Shown: positions 59,950 to 64,000 of the stretch, piece by piece | Layout: each line of letters opens with the position of its first letter | Numbering within the stretch: position 1 is the stretch's first letter | Source: Mytilus edulis | Taxonomy: Eukaryota | Direction: 5' to 3' | DNA: 64,000 nucleotides | Assembly: GCF_963676685.1 (NCBI RefSeq) | Contig: NC_092348.1 | Coordinates: 26,040,001-26,104,000, forward strand | The notes under the pieces: generated by a model | The model's database searches: none | What the model was told of the DNA's origin: nothing | The model's input: only the letters and a program-made list of their open reading frames with translations | Made by a program: the position numbers and the translations under genes

Positions 59950-62900
59950 TTACAATGGTTTACAAACATATACCAATAACTTTTGTTTCAAAATTTAACC
60001 TTCGCCTATATAGATCTAGTTATATAAGGCCACGATAAAGGATGCTATAAGGACGTCTGCCCTTCATTTTTGATTAATAGCAAGATATTCATAATCCTCT
60101 GGTTTTATCCATGTAGTGCCATTCAAAATTGGCCATTAATCCCTACTTTTCAAAAGTTCATAATTTAATTACATATAGTTAAAAGCGCCATTATGAGAAA
60201 AATATATCCTTGTTATTTAAAAAAAAATTGACAGAAAAAAATGTTCCTATGTTAAATGTATGGCAGATCTAGAGAGAATCGTTTCCAGCCAAATTGTCAA
60301 TGGCTTATATCTGGAAAACAATCAGACGGACCAGACCCTTCACTTTTGGGCTTTCATAGTTCTTTTATTTATACAATATCTATTTATAACAGTATTTTAC
60401 GATCTTGTTATTTTGAAACAGTGTAGCGAACATCCTTTTTACAGTAATGCTATTAGTATCATTTTTATTTTTTGCAAAACTTTATTTTGATGTATAAATA
60501 TTTAAAAGATAAATTCACGAGGTTAAAAGGTATGCATTCTGCATCTTTTCTCAGACAGCATAGTACTGAGAGGGTTAGCTAGCTATCGAACCAGGTTTAA
60601 TCAACCATTTTCTAAATAATAAAATGCCTTTATCAAGTGAGGAATATGACAGTTGTCATCCATTTTGATTTTGCCATTTGATTAGGGACTTTCCTTTTTG
60701 AATTTTCCTCGGAGATCAGCATGTTTGGGATTTTACTATTTGCTGTAGCTTGTAAATGTTGTTTAGTTACACTTTATAGCGGTTAGTATGATTGTTTAAG
60801 ACATTGAGTATCTAATTATGGTTGATAGAAATTATCTTTAAAAGTAAATATTCCTAAAATATCACTACACATTAAAACATATAATTTGGATGTGCTGACT
60901 TCCCTTATTAATGATATTTTGTCGAAAGGTATGTCCAGATCGCACAGATGACACACGAATTAGAGTTTTCGAAGAAATTACTTAATGCTACTTAATGCTT
61001 CTTAATGCTACTTCTTGTACGCGTATTTCTGTTGTTTTTTTTTTAATTCAAAATAGGATTCAATATTTTGAAGCAAAGGATGTAAAAGATCGGCAAAATT
61101 GATTAGCTGTATGATAAAAAAGAACAAAAACATAACAGCAAAATTAAAAGGATGTAAAAATCAAATGTTTTTATATTTTTGCAAATTGAAATAGACGTAA
61201 ATTACTCCCTATTAGTTTTTTTTGTTGGTTGAAAACTTAGTGTCTAGCCGATTACAAGCGTTAAGTTTTCCGATTTGTGATATTTAAAAGTATTTGCGAG
61301 AATCCCAACGCCCTTTAATTACCACTGATATGAAAACCATTCGGTACCGTCTTCTATGTCCGATTGGACTTGCAGTGCTGTAACCGTATTACGGATCAAA
61401 GGATAGATGTTTTTTGTTCAATATACAACTGGAATTATCATGATTACACAGGAACTTTAAATAGGATGTTGTTAATTAGAATAACATCATATAAAAATTT
61501 AAAACCAATTGTTCAGAGAACAATTGAAGGTCTTTCCACCTATAAAGATCAATTGTGATATAGAACTCTGAAAATTCAGTTTGGAATATCATATCCAGCG
61601 TCAAATGATAGCTTATTGTACACTGATTTCAAAAACATATGGTTTCTATATTCTTTTTCTAAATAAGGGAGATTTTTTTACTTCCGGTTTGAAATATGTC
61701 ACTTCTGGTTTTATTTGATAGTTTATTGGATACTGATTCCAAAAATATATGGTCCTATATACTTTTACATCAAACAAGTACAAAACAAAGCTTCTTCCGG
61801 TTTACTTAAAGTCATTTCCGTTTGGATTTCCAAGGTCATGTAAATTGCAATCTAATGAACCTAAAGTCCCATGGCTTTATCATGCTGAATATGAAGTTAA
61901 AGCAAAGGTCAAAATCTAGAACATAAAATTTTACTTTGACCTTGAGCTCAATTTGAAGGTCATACACCAAGCACCTTTAATCAAATTACCCTGGATCTTT
62001 ATCTTATTTGGTAAATTAGTTATACCACCATACATGTAATTTTAAATATAAAAAGGGAGAATACTCCCTTTTACGGTCAACGTACCCTTTCAACCAAAAT
62101 TCATGTGTAACAACATGTCGCAACTTACAATTTAGTAAAAAATGTTGTCCATATCTTATACGGTTTTTGAAAGTTAGTGAAATAAGCCAAAATCAAAATT
62201 TAGAATATGACCTTGACCTTTGACCGTGACCTAATTTTCATTTTTATTTTGGACCAAGGACCTCAAATCAAAAGACCCTAGGTCTCTATCACTTATGGTT
62301 TACCAGTTAGAAATGCATATTACTTATATCACATGCATAAGGGGGAATAACTCACATATGGAGTGTTCATATCGCTTGGTCAAAATAGGACAAATCATGC
62401 TAAGGATATAACGAGCAATGTTATAAAATAAATTTGTCGCTTTCTTCTGCGGTTACGGAGGAGATGTAGTCACAAGGAACACAGTGTTCGGGGAGATAAC
62501 ACCTACAAAGAAAATTGTTCGTCTAGCAGGGTGAAATTTAAAAGCGCATAAACTATACAGTACCATAAGAAAAATATCAAAGTGACACATTGCGAAACAA
62601 ATATTTATCGCAAGAACAAAATTAGGCGGAAGAAAAAAACCAAACAAGTTGAAAGACATAATAAAACGGCAATTTTAAGTGAACGTTTAAATTTTATCAT
62701 ACCTTTAATTCAAATTGTAAAGTACAAAAGAAAACACTTTTTTAAATGATGCAAAAGGTATTTCATGTCGTTTTGGGTCGTCAACTTTATTGTATTTCCT
62801 ACGCAAAATAGAAAATATAAGGTATCAGGAAGTAGACAAATTTGTGTTGGTAAAACTCAAATACGCAGTTTTATAAATACGACAAACATTGAAAAATAAA

Positions 62901-64000
62901 GGTAAGTCATCTGCCATAAGTAATAAAAATATATAAAATCAAAATGTATAAAAACGAGATTTGAAATACACAATTCGTATTTTTTAGATTATTTTTTCTT
63001 GTTACAAGAAATATCTTTTTATGTATAGTTTGTCTTAGTTGAATATGTGACTATTTTCTCAGGAAAGCATGGCATTAGAAATCTGTACCTTTTAGATTCC
63101 CTCTATGTATTTGGTGTATGAGGTTTTCGGTTTTTATTCATCCGTTGACAAAGTTCCTTTTTCGTTTCAAACACAGTACGTCCTTGATTGTTCTTGAACA
63201 TGACTTGTACTAATGATTTCATTACAATATTTATACTATCAACCTATCATACCATATCGAGTAAATGTCATCACTCTATTTCGTCAGGTTAAAACTGAAT
63301 ACATAAAAAAGCTTTGCGATTCGGCCTAGTACTAATCAAAGTGCGCAGTCGTTCCCTTTATATTTGTTTGTATTTATCTTCATCTAGGGGCCAAACGTTG
63401 GTGGATAATGTGCTCAGTAGTAGTGTTTTTAAACATTTTGAGTGATTCTTGTATTCTCCTCTTATTGTTGTATTCAAACTAATATGAAATCAACTTGTGC
63501 TTGTTGGTGGTTTATGTGCTCTGTGGTTATGTTAATCTTTTGAATGATTTCTGTTATCTCTTTTTGTTGTTGTATTCATACTAATATAAAATCAACTTGT
63601 ACTTGTCATGATAAAATACATTGATTGTCAGTTGATGTTACTAAACGTTATTCTGTTTTATAAGGCCGGGACTCAAAATGAATTTGATGCCAATTTCAGT
63701 AGAATCTCAAAAAAGAAAGTTTTTGTAGTGGTCTACATTTTAAAATGCATAAGATTATCGTATAACAACTGAAAAACAAGGATAATTTTTACTTTACCCA
63801 AACACAGAATTTCAAGAAACTTTGTCGAAGTACAAAATTTATCCTCGAAACACCAAATCCTATATTTTGATTGGTTGAAAACTGGGTTCGAGTACGATAT
63901 TCGTGCTCTAAATTCTTATGACAAGCAGAGCCTTACATATTTTTAAATCAATGATGTACGGGAGTCAATTGTTGACATTCGTCTCATTAGGCACGCTAAA
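59950..64000 (+). other. Segmental duplicate of the copy-C upstream region: promoter, leader exon (donor 62901) and first intron of predicted copy D
   Basis: Collinear blocks 59957~45953, 60406~46511, 60920-61110~46840-47030, 62860-62980~47030-47150 and 63180-63990~48565-49120; CAGGAAGT at 62826-62833. Confidence 0.75.

Overview
AT-rich, intron-containing animal genomic DNA. The interspersed-repeat landscape strongly resembles a mytilid bivalve (Mytilus-like; inference). Almost all ORFs in the supplied track are spurious, and the real genes had to be rebuilt from splice sites. Left half: (1) a probable last exon of an upstream gene; (2) a minus-strand LDL-receptor class A plus single-TM gene with two possible terminal exons and apparently disrupted 5' exons; (3) a complete 6-exon TMEM208 (hSND2) gene. 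Right half (~30-64 kb): a tandem cluster of at least three, probably four, paralogous micro-exon genes missed by the ORF track. They encode ~100-aa signal-less single-pass membrane proteins with an intramembrane Lys, juxtamembrane Cys, a GIENPG(Y/W) NPxY motif and a Pro/Tyr-rich tail. The copies differ in promoter retention, TE insertions and exon phase. The window also holds hammerhead-ribozyme-bearing retrozyme-like repeats, many MITEs (some nested), a solo LTR whose empty paralogous site is in the window, hAT, integrase, Penelope and LINE relics, a Deu/Nin-type SINE and several minisatellites. All family assignments come from reading the sequence; no database search was run.
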